64,000 nucleotides of DNA. Origin: Isurus oxyrinchus. Taxonomy: Eukaryota. Each line of letters begins with the position of its first letter. Position 1 is the stretch's first letter. Below the pieces are notes generated by a model. It was not told the origin of the DNA. It saw only the letters and a program-made list of their open reading frames with translations, and did no database searches. The DNA lies in contig JANJGN010000150.1 in assembly GCA_026770705.1 (NCBI GenBank), positions 310,001 through 374,000 on the forward strand, read 5' to 3'. Shown here piece by piece: positions 52,158 through 64,000 of the stretch. Position numbers and translations under genes: made by a program.

Positions 52158-52982
52158 GTGAGTTGNNNNNNNNNNNNNNNNNNNNNNNNNNNNNNNNNNN
52201 NNNNNNNNNNNNNNNNNNNNNNNNNNNNNNNNNNNNNNNNNNNNNNNNNNNNNNNNNNNNNNNNNNNNNNNNNNNNNNNNNNNNNNNNNNNNNNNNNNNN
52301 NNNNNNACACATGCATAATTATCCACACACAGTCATACACATACAAGCATATACACAGGAAAATACACACCCTTCTCAAACACACACACACATTCATGCC
52401 CACACATAGACACACACATGCACATACTCTCACTCATGGACAGACCTAGACACACAGACACATGCGCATGCGCACACACAGACACATGTGTGCATACACA
52501 CACAAACACACTCACATGTGCAGAAACACAAACACACAGATACACACACGTGAGTTCCCTCTCCTCTCTCAGTGCCGCACTGGAGTCTTGGTATCAGCTC
52601 CGATTCTGTGTTGAAAGAAGGTAAACTCCAGATCAACAAGACCCTGAATTGGATGAGCAACCTCCTGAACAGAGAATTGTAGATTTACCCCTCAGTGCTC
52701 CATCAATCAAATACAATTCATTGCCTGTCCAGCCCTTTGCGAAATCCTGAGGATGTGAAAGCAAGCTTCTTTCATTCTAGATGGACAACACCTCTACTGG
52801 TGGGAGAATGCAACTGCAGTGTGACAGTTTACATAGGCAGTGTCCATTAAAAATGTGGCATAAGACGTTATTCTGAGGGAAGTTACCTGGAAATGCATTT
52901 AGACATCAGATACAGAGAGATGATGCATGGAGTCTTGCTGTGCAATAGGTTTGCTCACATTAAACACTTGATTTGTTTTTAG

Positions 52983-53264
52983 ATGCACCACAGGATCTCT
53001 CATTTACTTCGCTTAATATGATTTACGCTTCATCAATCAATATAATTGAGGGGAATTCTGCAGTGATAATCTGCTCTGTCGAGAGCTTCCCAGCTTCTAA
53101 CCTGACGTGGCGACATCTTAATGTCCCAATGAACAGAACAAGTTCCAACAATGAGCTGTGGTTGGTGATTCCTCACGTTACATCCAGGGACACTGGAGAC
53201 TATCAGTGTGTGGCAGAGAATGAACATGGAGCAGTGGAGGGGTTCATAACCATCACTGTGGAAT
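52983..53264 (+). CDS. C2 Ig exon D3
   Basis: 282 nt, phase 1-1, open. Confidence 0.88.
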
Positions 53265-54074
53265 GTGAGTGTGGAGATACATTTGTTTGTTTGTTGTCTC
53301 CGTGGTCTCCGTGGAGCCATTGGGATCGTGTTGTTTTTAATCCAGTTTTCTTCAATCCTCGCTCAGTCCACGTTATCCACACATCCAATTTTTCCTCTCC
53401 CTTTCTGTTTTTGCTCTCAGTTTCTCCTTCAATGGTTGTGAGGACAAGGCTGTCAGGTCTTCGTTTCCAATCTCCATACTTGACGACCTTTCGCTCTCTA
53501 ACTGTCCTGAACAACCCTTTTAATTGCTGAACTTCTCATTCTTTAATTGATAAATATTATATATAAATGTTACATGTTGAAATGCAACTATTGTATTCAT
53601 AAATTGCTTAGAAATTACTAAACATTCAACAGCCAGTGAAGCATTATCGAAGTGAGCTCACTGTTGTAATGTAGGAAACACAGGTACTGATTTGTGCACA
53701 GCAAGATCCCGCAAACCACCGTGTGATAATGACCTGATAGTCGATTATTTCAGTGAGGTTGGTTGCTACATGTGTAGAGACTACATACCCTTTAGGGAGG
53801 GAAGCATGTCTCGATGTGGATGTGACTCCAGTCTCAGACACCAACATGGTTAACTCACACCTGCCCTCTGAACTGGTCTCCCAGTTTGGGACAAACCAGT
53901 GGTTCAGGAGGAAGACCCCCCACCACCTTCTCAAGGGGAAACTAGGGATGGACAATAAATGTCAGCATTGCCCGAGAATGAGTATTTAAACACTGAGTGA
54001 GTGTATCGCTTCTCGAGATACATCGGAGCATCATTGTAAACCTGTAGTGCAGTAATTAATGGCTGTTTTTACAG

Positions 54075-54171
54075 GTAGAGACTCCAGTAAATGGACAGTA
54101 GGATTGTTCACGACTGGGATCATGTTGAGTGTTTTCCTGGCTGGAATCTTCATCTTCATCTGTGTGAGAAA
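54075..54171 (+). CDS. Neutral TM exon, unit D
   Basis: RDSSKWTVGLFTTGIMLSVFLAGIFIFICVRK; tttttacag/ and /gtaagt. Confidence 0.88.
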
Positions 54172-54206
54172 GTAAGTGTGAAGATTTAACTTGATTTTAA
54201 TATAAA

Positions 54207-54705
54207 CATTTGCTTCAATGTTCTTTCCTTAAGTCGGTGATTGTTTCCCTTGGGATCAGCACCAGGTCCCTCTCTGTAAGTGATCCCTGTGTCCACTCTG
54301 ATCCGGAGAGAACCTTTCATTGTCCTGTATCCAGGTAAACAATCACGAGACCCAGAGATTCCTCACTCTGCACGATTACTCCGGGATAAATATTTGCTTC
54401 AATGTTCTTTCCTTAAGTCGGTGATTGTTTCCCTTGGGATCAGCACCAGGTCCCTCTCCGTAACTGGTCCCTGTGTCCACTATGATCCGGAGAGAACCTT
54501 TCATTGTCCTGTATCCAGTAAACAATCACGAGTCCCAGAGATTCCTCACTCTGCACGATTACTCCTGGATAAATATTTGCTTCAATGTTCTTTCCTGAAG
54601 TCGGTGATTGTTTCCCTTGTGTTAAGCGCTACATGCCTCTCCGTAACTGGTCTCTTTTGTCCCTTACGATCCAGACAGTGTTTTTCATTGCCCGTTATCC
54701 AGATG
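54207..54705 (+). repeat. ~185-bp tandem duplication, ~2.6 copies
   Basis: atttgcttcaatgttctttcct..aagtcggtgattg recurs at ~54207, 54392, 54576. Confidence 0.85.
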
Positions 54706-55231
54706 AATAATAATCAGTTGCTGTGATCTGGAAGGTGCTGCCTGAAAGGGTGCTGGAAGCAGATTTAATAGGATCTTTCAAAAGGGGAATTGGTTAATAC
54801 TTGAAGGGGGAACATTTGAAGGGCTATGGGGGGAAGAGCAGGGGTGGAGGGAGGGTCAAAGATATGGCGTGTCATTATAATGATATTATACCTTAGGCTT
54901 ATTTATTGTACAAGAAACAAAGCACCAATCGCTCACAGGGATTGGGTGAGAATGTTAATGATTTGTTTATCAAGACTCGGCACGAGTACAGTTATACATA
55001 TGGAGAAAGATTGAAGGCATCAGAGCTGTGAGTGTGTGTTCTGCTCAAAGCAAAAGTCAAACTGAGATTGGATCACATGACACACTTCCATTATAGTGAT
55101 GTCACGCTGATACCCCTTATTGGAACTAGAGACAGTCCAGTCGTTGGTGTAAGGTTACACTGGGCTCTGTGTCTGTGCTGCACTGACTCTCTGCTATATG
55201 ATAACCACAGTTTGATATTGTGTTATTGCAG

Positions 55232-55313
55232 GAGAAAGACAGCGATGGAGGAGAGAGTTTCAGGGACCAGTGACATTGCATTGACCCCCAGTCCACTCTC
55301 TGTGAAGCACCAG
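55232..55313 (+). CDS. Cytoplasmic exon 1, unit D
   Basis: ttgcag/ phase 2-0: RKTAMEERVSGTSDIALTPSPLSVKHQ /gtacag. Confidence 0.78.
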
Positions 55314-56327
55314 GTACAGGAGCTGTTTACACTCACTCCAAAGCTTCTATCTCAGTGTGTAGACAACACATGTCCCAGATTCCCAGCCAGGTTACCCACA
55401 GATATCTACCTGTGGAGTCAGATATGGCTCAGTAGGTAGCATTGTCTCTCGCTCCCTCCCCCTCTTCCCTCCATCACTCGCTCTTTGACCAGAAACCTGA
55501 ACGCAATAATGACAAGGCACCTGATGTCAGTAGTGAGGGAGTGCTGCACTGTCCTAGGGTCTGTGCTGAGGGAGTGCTGGAGTGTCAGAAGGTCAGTACT
55601 GAGGGAGTGTTGCACTGTCAGAGGGTCTGTACTGAGGGAGAGCTAGACTGTCAGAGGGTCAGTACTGAGGGAGTGCTGCGCTGTCATAGGGTCAGTACTG
55701 AGGGAGTGCTGGACTGTCGGACGGTCAGTACTGAGGGAGTGCTGCACTGTCGGAGGGTCAGTACTGAGGGAGTGCTGCACTGTCGGATGGTCAGTACTGA
55801 GGACAGTACTGAGTGAGTGCTGCACTGTCAAAGAGTCCATTTTCAAGGGGTGCTGCCTCTTGAAGGGGCAGTTCCGAGGGAGTGCTGCACTGTCAGCAGA
55901 GAGCACTGAGAGAATATTGCAGTGTTCGAGGTGCCTCTTTCAGAATAGCTGTATAATGCTGACCATGTTTACCATCTTATCTGGTCCCATGGCCACATTT
56001 CCAACACTGTAGCAGTGTCGCCCTTCAATAAAATTCCTTCATTGGCGTGAGGTTCTTTGTGTGTCTGTGTTTGTGAATAATGGGGCACAAATCTCATGAT
56101 TGGGATGGTAACATCGGACTTCAAGACTCAGGTCTGCGATAGCGAGAGAGATTACATGATAAATAGAGAGAGAAAGCAAGAGAGAGAGAGAGAGACAGAG
56201 AAAGAGAGTGAAAAAGAGGGTTAAACCCATTGAGACATGACTGACAGTAACGAGGCTGCAGAATAACTTAACCCTATCAGTGCCAGTAAATGATGTGAGG
56301 ATGTCTTCTGTTTCTATTTCTCTGTAG

Positions 56328-56576
56328 GGTAAACAGAACGTGCTGATTACTGAGCCCCGGAACACAACCAGAGACACAACAAGTGAGGGGGAGACCCCAG
56401 CTCCCCGGGATCTCTCTGAAGGTCCAGTGGGAGGCGATGTTGGACATGGGAACCCCGACAAACCCGACGAGCTTTTCTACGCCAACATCAACTTTTCAAA
56501 GCTGCCCGGCGGTGACAGGACTGTGCACAGGAGCGAGGACACGGAATACGCACAGATCAGGTTCCAGAAAAACTGA
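56328..56576 (+). CDS. Terminal cytoplasmic exon with ITIM (LFYANI) and ITSM-like (TEYAQI) motifs, unit D
   Basis: ctctgtag/GKQNVLITEPR...DELFYANINFSK...DTEYAQIRFQKN*. Confidence 0.9.
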   Translation, partial: GKQNVLITEPRNTTRDTTSEGETPAPRDLSEGPVGGDVGHGNPDKPDELFYANINFSKLPGGDRTVHRSEDTEYAQIRFQKN

Positions 56577-56769
56577 GTGTGAAACAGGGAGCGGGGCTGT
56601 GGGGTGTGTGCAGCCAACATGGCAAAATAGTAATGAACAGAAATATGATGTTGCTCAACTTTTTTTTATTGGTTTTAACTGAGCTTTCTGAATGCTGCAC
56701 CTTTTTCCATGCTGTAAAAGATTGTGAGAAGCTTATGAATTATGTGTAATTTTACATCTGTTAATACAA

Positions 56770-58835
56770 GGTGAGGTGAGAGTGACTGCCTTTGACATCA
56801 AGGCTGCATTTGACCGAGTGTGGCATCTAGGATCCCGAGCAAAACTGGAGTCAATGGGAATCAGGGGTGGTGCGAAAGTATAATAATTTGCTTAATATTT
56901 TCCTGGTTTGTTGTAAACTAGGTTTATGGGTGTGAGTGTAGATGGGTCTGTCTGTGTAGTTTAATTACATCTGGAGACAGGTAGACTGCAAGTTTGAGAT
57001 TATCAAAAGAAGCTAGATGTAGAAATGTACTTGAAATGCTAATGAGAACACATGGAGGCTGCCTTAGCATGTAAGGTGTGAAGGGGTTGTTTAGATTTCA
57101 AAGGGATGTTGGTCTGTTTAGGACAAGCCCAATAAGCAAAGCTAAGGAGTTTTTTTTTAATTTTACCCAAACTTCATTGACAATATTGGCAACATGAAAG
57201 TTTATATTATGGGAAAGGTACAGTTCCAAAGAATTTACACATCAAAGAGAGAGAAACATGTATAAAGGAGAATGAAAGGCTATGTTGGGGGCCATGTAAG
57301 ATCTAACAGGAGTGTGTGAAATAGACTTGAAGAAGCCTCCAGGCATTTGTGCGTAAGTCTGTTATGTTCAGTAAATAAAGTTGGAGAAACCCATTTAGAA
57401 TTCCAGTGTCAAGTGTGTGCTGTGTTAACTCGCTGGATTTGTTTTTAATCTAAAATCTTATTTTGGACTGTTGCCTTAAAAGGGGTATGTAACTGGGAGT
57501 CAGGTTAATTAGGAATTTGAGAATATATTTTAGCTGTAACTAACCGTGGTATTATGTCTGTGCTTGAAATCTTTTATTTTGTTAATAAATATCTTAATTG
57601 AATTTTTAAAATCTCTAAAGGTTGTGGTCAACTCATTACTCCTGAATTCAGTGCACGCTTCTTGTAATAAATACAAATTGCAAAACTATTGTGATAGCGT
57701 GACCAATTTTCCCTTGTGGATTTGGAGCACCAAGCACACATCATCTGCCATGTCATGTCACAGGGAAAACTCTCCACTCGTTGGATTCATACCAAGTACA
57801 AAGGAAGGTGGTTGTGGTTGTTGGAGGTCAGTCATCTCAGTTCCAGGACATCACTGCAGGAGTTGCTCAGCGTAGTGTCCTAGGCCCAACCATCTTCAGC
57901 TGCTTCATCAATGACATTCATTCTATCAGATGGTCAGGATTATGGAAGGTCGCTGATGATTGCACAACGTTCAACATCATTCATGACTCATCAGATGCTG
58001 AAGCAGTCCATGTCCAAATGCAGCAAGACCTGGACAATATCCAGGCTTGGCCTGACAAGTGGCAAGTAACATTCATGCCACACAAGTGCCAGGCAATGAC
58101 CATTTCCAACCAGAGAGAATATATCCATCTCCCCTTAATGTCCAATAGCATCACCATTGCTGAATCCCACACTATCAACACTCTGGGGGTTACCAATGAC
58201 TAGAAACTGAACTGTACTAGCCATATAAACACTGTGACTATAAGAGCAGGCCAGAGCCTGGGAATCCTGTGGTGAGTAACTCACCTCCTGACTCCCCAAA
58301 GCCTGTCCACCAACCTCAAGGCACAGGTCAGAAGTGATGGAATACTCTCCACTTTCTTAGATGAGTGCAGCTCCAACAACACTCAAGAAGCTCGACACCG
58401 TCCAGGACAAAGCAGCCCCGCTTGATTTGCGCCCCGTCCACAAACATTCTCTCCCTCTACAACTGACGCACAGTGGCAGCAGTGTGTGTACCATCTACAA
58501 GATGCAATGCAGGGAGTCACCAAGCCTCCTTAGACAGCACCTTCCAAACACATGATCACTACCATCTAGAAGGACAAGGGCAGCAGACACATGGGAACAC
58601 CACCACCTGGAAGTTCCCCTCCAAGTCACTCACCATCCTGACTTGGAAATATATCACCGTTCCTTCACTGTCGCTGGGTCAGAATCCTGCAACACCCTCC
58701 CAAACAGTTCTGTGGGTGTACATACACCACAGGGACTGCAGCAGCTCAGGAAGGCAGCTCACCCCCATATTCTCAAGGACAATTAGGGATGGGCAATAAA
58801 TTCTGGCCTAGCCAGTGTCAGTGAATGAATACAAA
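56770..58835 (+). mobile_element. CR1/L2-clade LINE RT fragment inserted in the unit D 3'UTR
   Basis: GVAQRSVLGPTIFSCFIND..ADDCT; the family 3'UTR resumes at ~58840. Confidence 0.85.
56868..57762 (+). mobile_element. Solo-LTR-like element (TG...CA, 895 bp) nested in the LINE
   Basis: Splits gggaatcagggg/gaaaactctcc; contains AATAAA signals. Confidence 0.65.
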
Positions 58836-59279
58836 AAAGAAGCAATTAAAATGCCCTGACATTTCTGTACATTTTTATCAAATTAAATACGTACTGTAGT
58901 GAATAATTCCATTCTCCAAGGCACCACTTCCTGTTGTCACATGTCCTTCTGATTATTTAAATTCCTGTGTCATTGGTAATGGAACATTCCCATGTAAACA
59001 TGTCACACTGTAATTACAGCCTCCTACCAGTGGTGGTGCTTTAGTGTCCTAGTTTTGCTTCTCAGAGACTGGAGGAGCTGGAAACGTTGTGTTTACAATA
59101 TAAGTAACACTCAGGAGTGACCAGGGGGATTCTTTTGGCCAAGTTTACGATGTTGCTAAGATACAATGGCCCCGTGGGATTTTTCCTACTGCGTTTACAA
59201 GGTTGAATTGAAGAGATATTTGAAGTGTCTGGCACAGTTTTATTAAGATCCCCTCACAACCAATCTGGTGTCACTGATT

Positions 59280-59790
59280 TCAGTTCTGGGTCCAGCAGCT
59301 TAGGAAGGATATATTGTCCTTGGAGGGGGTGCTGTGCAGAGTCACCAGAACGATCCCGGGGCTGAAAGGGTTAAATCCCGAGGACAGGTTGCACAGACCA
59401 GGCTTGTGTTCCCTCGAGTCTCGAAGATTAAGGGGTGATCTAATCGAGGGGTTTTAGATGATTAAAGGCTTTGTTACGGGCAATAGAGAGAAACTATTTC
59501 CTCTGATGGGGTTGAGGTGAGGGGTGGGTCCAGAACAAGGGGGCAGAACATTAACATTGGAGCCAGGCCGTTCAGGGGGTGATGTCAGGAAGCACTTCTT
59601 CACACAAAGCGGGTGTGGAAATCTGGAACTCTCTCCCCCAGAAATAGCTGTCGAGACTGGGAGGGGTCAATTGTAAATTTCAAAACTGAGATTGGGAGAT
59701 GTTTGTTGGGTCGGGGGGTTAAGGGTTACAGAACCGAGGCGGGTGGATGGGGTTAAGATACAGATCGGACGTGATCCAATCAAATGTTAG
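59280..59790 (+). mobile_element. CR1 LINE 3' fragment
   Basis: cagttctgg..aggggtgatctaatcgagg..tggaactctctccccca. Confidence 0.8.
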
Positions 59791-60859
59791 GACGGTGAGT
59801 CTCAGGGAGGCTGGCCCAACCCCAGACGCAGCCGTCTCTGTGACCTGCTTCAACCCTGTGAGTCAGCAATGACAACATGAGTTGATGTTAGCCTGATATG
59901 TAGTGCATGGAGGGATATTACTCTCCAGGGTGTGTGTGCATCACAGTGCTCATTCACATGTGTTCCATGTGCACCTACATCAGCTGTGTAGACATACAAG
60001 CCTCAATGCTGCATCCGGGGAACGTACCATGTCTCACACCTTAGCTGCAGCACGACCCTTCCCTTGGAGCTCTGTGTGCTCGAGACATATTTTGTTATTT
60101 TTTCCTGCCGTCTCTGTGTCCCCCGACCTGGGAGTGAAAATCCGGCCTTAACTTCCACTTTCTAGTGTCTGAGACAAGAGGCAATGAGTGAGTGGGCTGA
60201 CGGTCAGGATTAATGCTGTTAATCTGTGTTTGAGGGGCTGTGAATTCTCGGGGGACTAGTTACTCTCTGAGCAGCAGCTTCCAATTCCTTATTTGATGCC
60301 GTGCATGTGGGGTTGGAAGATTTTTTTTAAAACCACAGGCAGTTCACAGAAACCCACAGGAAACCCACAGAGAGACAGTCACTGAGAAAGTCACTCACTC
60401 CTTGTGGTTTCACCTTTTAACCACATCCTGTCTGTGTGGCTTAAATGTTAAACACAGTGGCCAGACTCAAGGAGGTTTCACTCTGTNNNNNNNNNNNNNN
60501 NNNNNNNNNNNNNNNNNNNNNNNNNNNNNNNNNNNNNNNNNNNNNNNNNNNNNNNNNNNNNNNNNNNNNNNNNNNNNNNNNNNNNNNNNNNNNNNNNNNN
60601 NNNNNNNNNNNNNNNNNNNNNNNNNNNNNNNNNNNNNNNNNNNNNNNNNNNNNNNNNNNNNNNNNNNNNNNNNNNNNNNNNNNNNNNNNNNNNNNNNNNN
60701 NNNNNNNNNNNNNNNNNNNNNNNNNNNNNNNNCAGACAGACACAAACACACACATTCACACACACACACACACATTCACTCACACACACACATTCACTCA
60801 CACACTCACTCACACACACAAACACACACACAAAGACAATATCCCAATGACAACAAACT

Positions 60860-61903
60860 GCGATTAAGAGCTTCCTACAACTTAACTAAGAGACCAAAGA
60901 CATATTGAACTGTCTAAAAGCGACCTGTTTTTCAAAGAAATACAAGATTGTACACAGATCAAAAATGGCTGACACAAGTCACCTGATTGCTGATACTGTG
61001 AAGTTGATCACTTCTCTGGAAAGGTTCAAATGAATTGCACTGCAGACCTGTTGCATGGAAGTTCACGCCTGGGGTGTGTCAGGGTCCACTTCAAACAGAG
61101 ACACTCTTAAAAGGAAGGCATTAAAATGCAAAGTGCTGGACTTTGATCAGCTGTAGTTCAATCAAAACATTGGGAACTGCTCACCAAGCAGATAATCATC
61201 AACCATTCAAAACCCCCTGTGGAAGATACAATACCCCCGTCTCCTGTTGATTTATATCTTGAAATGCATCAAAGGTTTCAGAGATGCAAAGATAAAAAAA
61301 TGGGAATACTAGGTCTATAACAATGAATGCAAAACATGCTGATCGAATTGACTTCAGGGATATACAGACAGGAGTTTAACAAATGGTTCTGCCAAGCAGA
61401 TATAAGAGAAAGGAGGGGAAAAAGAAATATGGCAGTCTTCCACAAACACTGCTGGAAAAGAGCAGAAATGATTTCTCCCTCTCTATCTCTCTGTCTGAAG
61501 CTAACAGAATGTCTTCAACAATGTGCAAGTCTGAGCCAGATAAAATACAGGAATCTACAGAAAACCAACTAATTTAAAACAGCTTCAAACTTCACAGCCT
61601 ACGTTGTAGTACAAGCAAACAACTCTTTTAATTTTTTATTGGACTCTATAATTATNNNNNNNNNNNNNNNNNNNNNNNNNNNNNNNNNNNNNNNNNNNNN
61701 NNNNNNNNNNNNNNNNNNNNNNNNNNNNNNNNNNNNNNNNNNNNNNNNNNNNNNNNNNNNNNNNNNNNNNNNNNNNNNNNNNNNNNNNNNNNNNNNNNNN
61801 NNNNNNNNNNCTGTGTGTGTGCATTTGTCTGTCTGTGCATGTGAGCCTGTCTGTGTGTATCTATCTGTGTGTGTATGTCTGTGCACCTATCTGTGTGTAT
61901 GTG

Positions 61904-61945
<42 letters not shown>

Positions 61946-63058
61946 CATTTGTGTGTGTGTTTTGTCCCATTTTAATTATTTTTCCTCCAGTTAGGTAACT
62001 AATAAACTTACTCTTTCTTTGACTCCTCCAAACGTGGTTTAATTGGTTCATTCTTAACAATCAAAGAGACTTGCTTTGGAAATTGCATTTGGGGGAAAAT
62101 ATATTTTAAACCCTTTTTTTCAACCAACCATAATTACCTCTTAAACATCTTAATCTCATTACTACTGAATTCAAAGCCCACATCTCAAAACATACAAGTT
62201 GGAAATTAGTTGTGACAGTTGTTTCAAGTTTCCCTCCAGGATTTGAACAGCTCAGCATTTACCATCTGTTATGTCATAACAGAGCTTCCTTCAACTTAAC
62301 CAACGAGCCAAAAACGTATTGAACTGTTTAAAGGAGACCTGTTTTTCAAAAGTACAAGATTAGGCATTGATCAAAAATGGCTGTCACGAGTCACCTGATT
62401 GCTGATACTGCAAACTTGATCACTTCTCTGGAAAGCTTCAAATGAATTGCACTAAAGACATGTTGCATGAAAGTTCTCACTGAGGTGTGTCAGGGTCCAC
62501 CTGAAACAGGGGCTCCATTAAAAATGCAAAGCGCTGGACTCTGATCACTGTAGGTCTATCAAGCTAATGGGAACTGCTCACCATGCAGATATTCATCAGT
62601 CATTCAAAACCTCTTGTGGAGGATGAAATGCCTCCATCTCCTGTTGATTTATATCTTGAAATGCATCAAATGTTTCAGAGATGCAAAGATCAAAAAAGGG
62701 ATTACTTGGTCTGTGACAATGAATGCAAGACATGCTGATCGAATTCCCTTTGGGAATATACAGACAGGAGTTTAGCAACAGGTTCTGTCAAGCAGATATA
62801 AGAGAAAGTAGGAGGAAAAAGAAAGATGGCAGTCACCCAAAAACACTGCTGGAAAAGAGCAGAAATTCTCTCTCTCTCTCTCTCTCATTCTGAAGCTAAC
62901 AGCGCATCTTCAACAAAGTGCAAATCTGAATCAAATCACCACCAGGATGCCACAGGAAACCAATTAACCTTGAACAGCTGCAAATGTCAACAATCTACAC
63001 CTCAAAGTCAAGCAATTGTATTAATCATATATTCTTTTAAATTTTTATTGGACTCTAA
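60860..63058. repeat. ~790-bp diverged direct repeats (60860-61655 / 62280-63058), LTR-like
   Basis: agagcttcct..caacttaac through ttttattggactcta is duplicated. Confidence 0.7.
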
Positions 63059-63299
63059 CNNNNNNNNNNNNNNNNNNNNNNNNNNNNNNNNNNNNNNNNN
63101 NNNNNNNNNNNNNNNNNNNNNNNNNNNNNNNNNNNNNNNNNNNNNNNNNNNNNNNNNNNNNNNNNNNNNNNNNNNNNNNNNNNNNNNNNNNNNNNNNNNN
63201 NNNNNNNNNNNNNNNNNNNNNNNNNNNNNNNNNNNNNNNNNNNNNGTGAGTGTGTGTCTGTCTATGTACCCTTGTGAGTGAGTGTGTGTGTGTGTGTAC

Positions 63300-63870
63300 A
63301 TGTGTGCGTGTGGATTGTTGCATCTTTATTATTAACGTTATTTAAAAATAGTGATCACACAAGCCTGGTTTCTAAGGAAATGAAACTGCAAACAATTTAC
63401 AGTAAAATGAAACATACAGGAATAATCTATTTATTTTGAGCTGATGATATATAATTATACATGAGGCATGTTGCTAATTTCAAATGTCATCTGAAATATG
63501 GCAGGTCTGACAGAGCAGCATTCCCTCAGTGCCCATCCTCTGACAGTGCAGCACTCCCTCAGCATTGACCCTTTGAGAGTGCAGCACTCCTTCAGTATTG
63601 ACCCTCTGGAAGTGCAGCACTCCCTCAGCACTGACCCTCTGGGAGTGCAGCTCTCCCTCAGTACCGACCCTCTGGAAGTGCAGCACTCCCTCAGTGCTAA
63701 CCCTCCAACAGTGCAGCACTCTCTCAGTACTGACCCTCTGACAGTGCAGCACTCCCTCAGTACTGACCCTCCAACAGTGCAGCACTCCCTCACTGGGAAG
63801 AGTCCGTCCGCATTTTAAGCTGAAACCTTGAGACGGTCTCAAAATCCCAACCTTCCATCTCAGAGAGAGA
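63300..63870 (-). repeat. Inverted paralogous copy of 49620-50100
   Basis: The non-satellite part 49880-50095 is reverse-complemented at 63305-63520. Confidence 0.9.
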
Positions 63871-64000
63871 GAGTGCGTTTATGTGAGAGAGAGAGACAAT
63901 GTATGTGTGAGAGACTGAGAGTGTGTATGTGTGAGAGAGCAAAAGAGAGGTAGAGTGTGTGTGCATGAGAGAGGGAGGTAGCTTGTGTGTGTGAGAGAGA

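Overview
Vertebrate genomic DNA, most likely a cartilaginous fish (shark); this is inferred from the CR1/L2 LINEs, SINE fragments and the 31-bp and 37-bp satellites. It holds a tandemly duplicating Siglec-like (CD22/MAG/CD33-related-type) Ig-superfamily receptor cluster. In order: (i) the last exon of an upstream receptor; (ii) unit A, with four tandem promoter+leader cassettes, an intact V-set exon carrying the essential Arg, three intact C2 exons, one disabled C2 exon and a TM exon; (iii) unit B, with two more leader cassettes, a deleted V exon, a C2 exon and an activating-type TM exon with an intramembrane Arg; (iv) a minus-strand leader plus V fragment (C) cut by a Gypsy element; (v) a headless plus-strand unit D with three tandem C2 exons, a TM exon and an ITIM+ITSM tail. 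On the minus strand between B and C, not recovered as a product by the ORF track, is a complete three-exon hepcidin (HAMP)-like gene (42664-36917). It encodes an 83-aa prepropeptide with an RQKR site and an atypical 29-aa, 8-Cys mature peptide, and has a BMP-RE/C/EBP/TATA-like promoter. Exon coordinates were read by hand; repeat boundaries are approximate.
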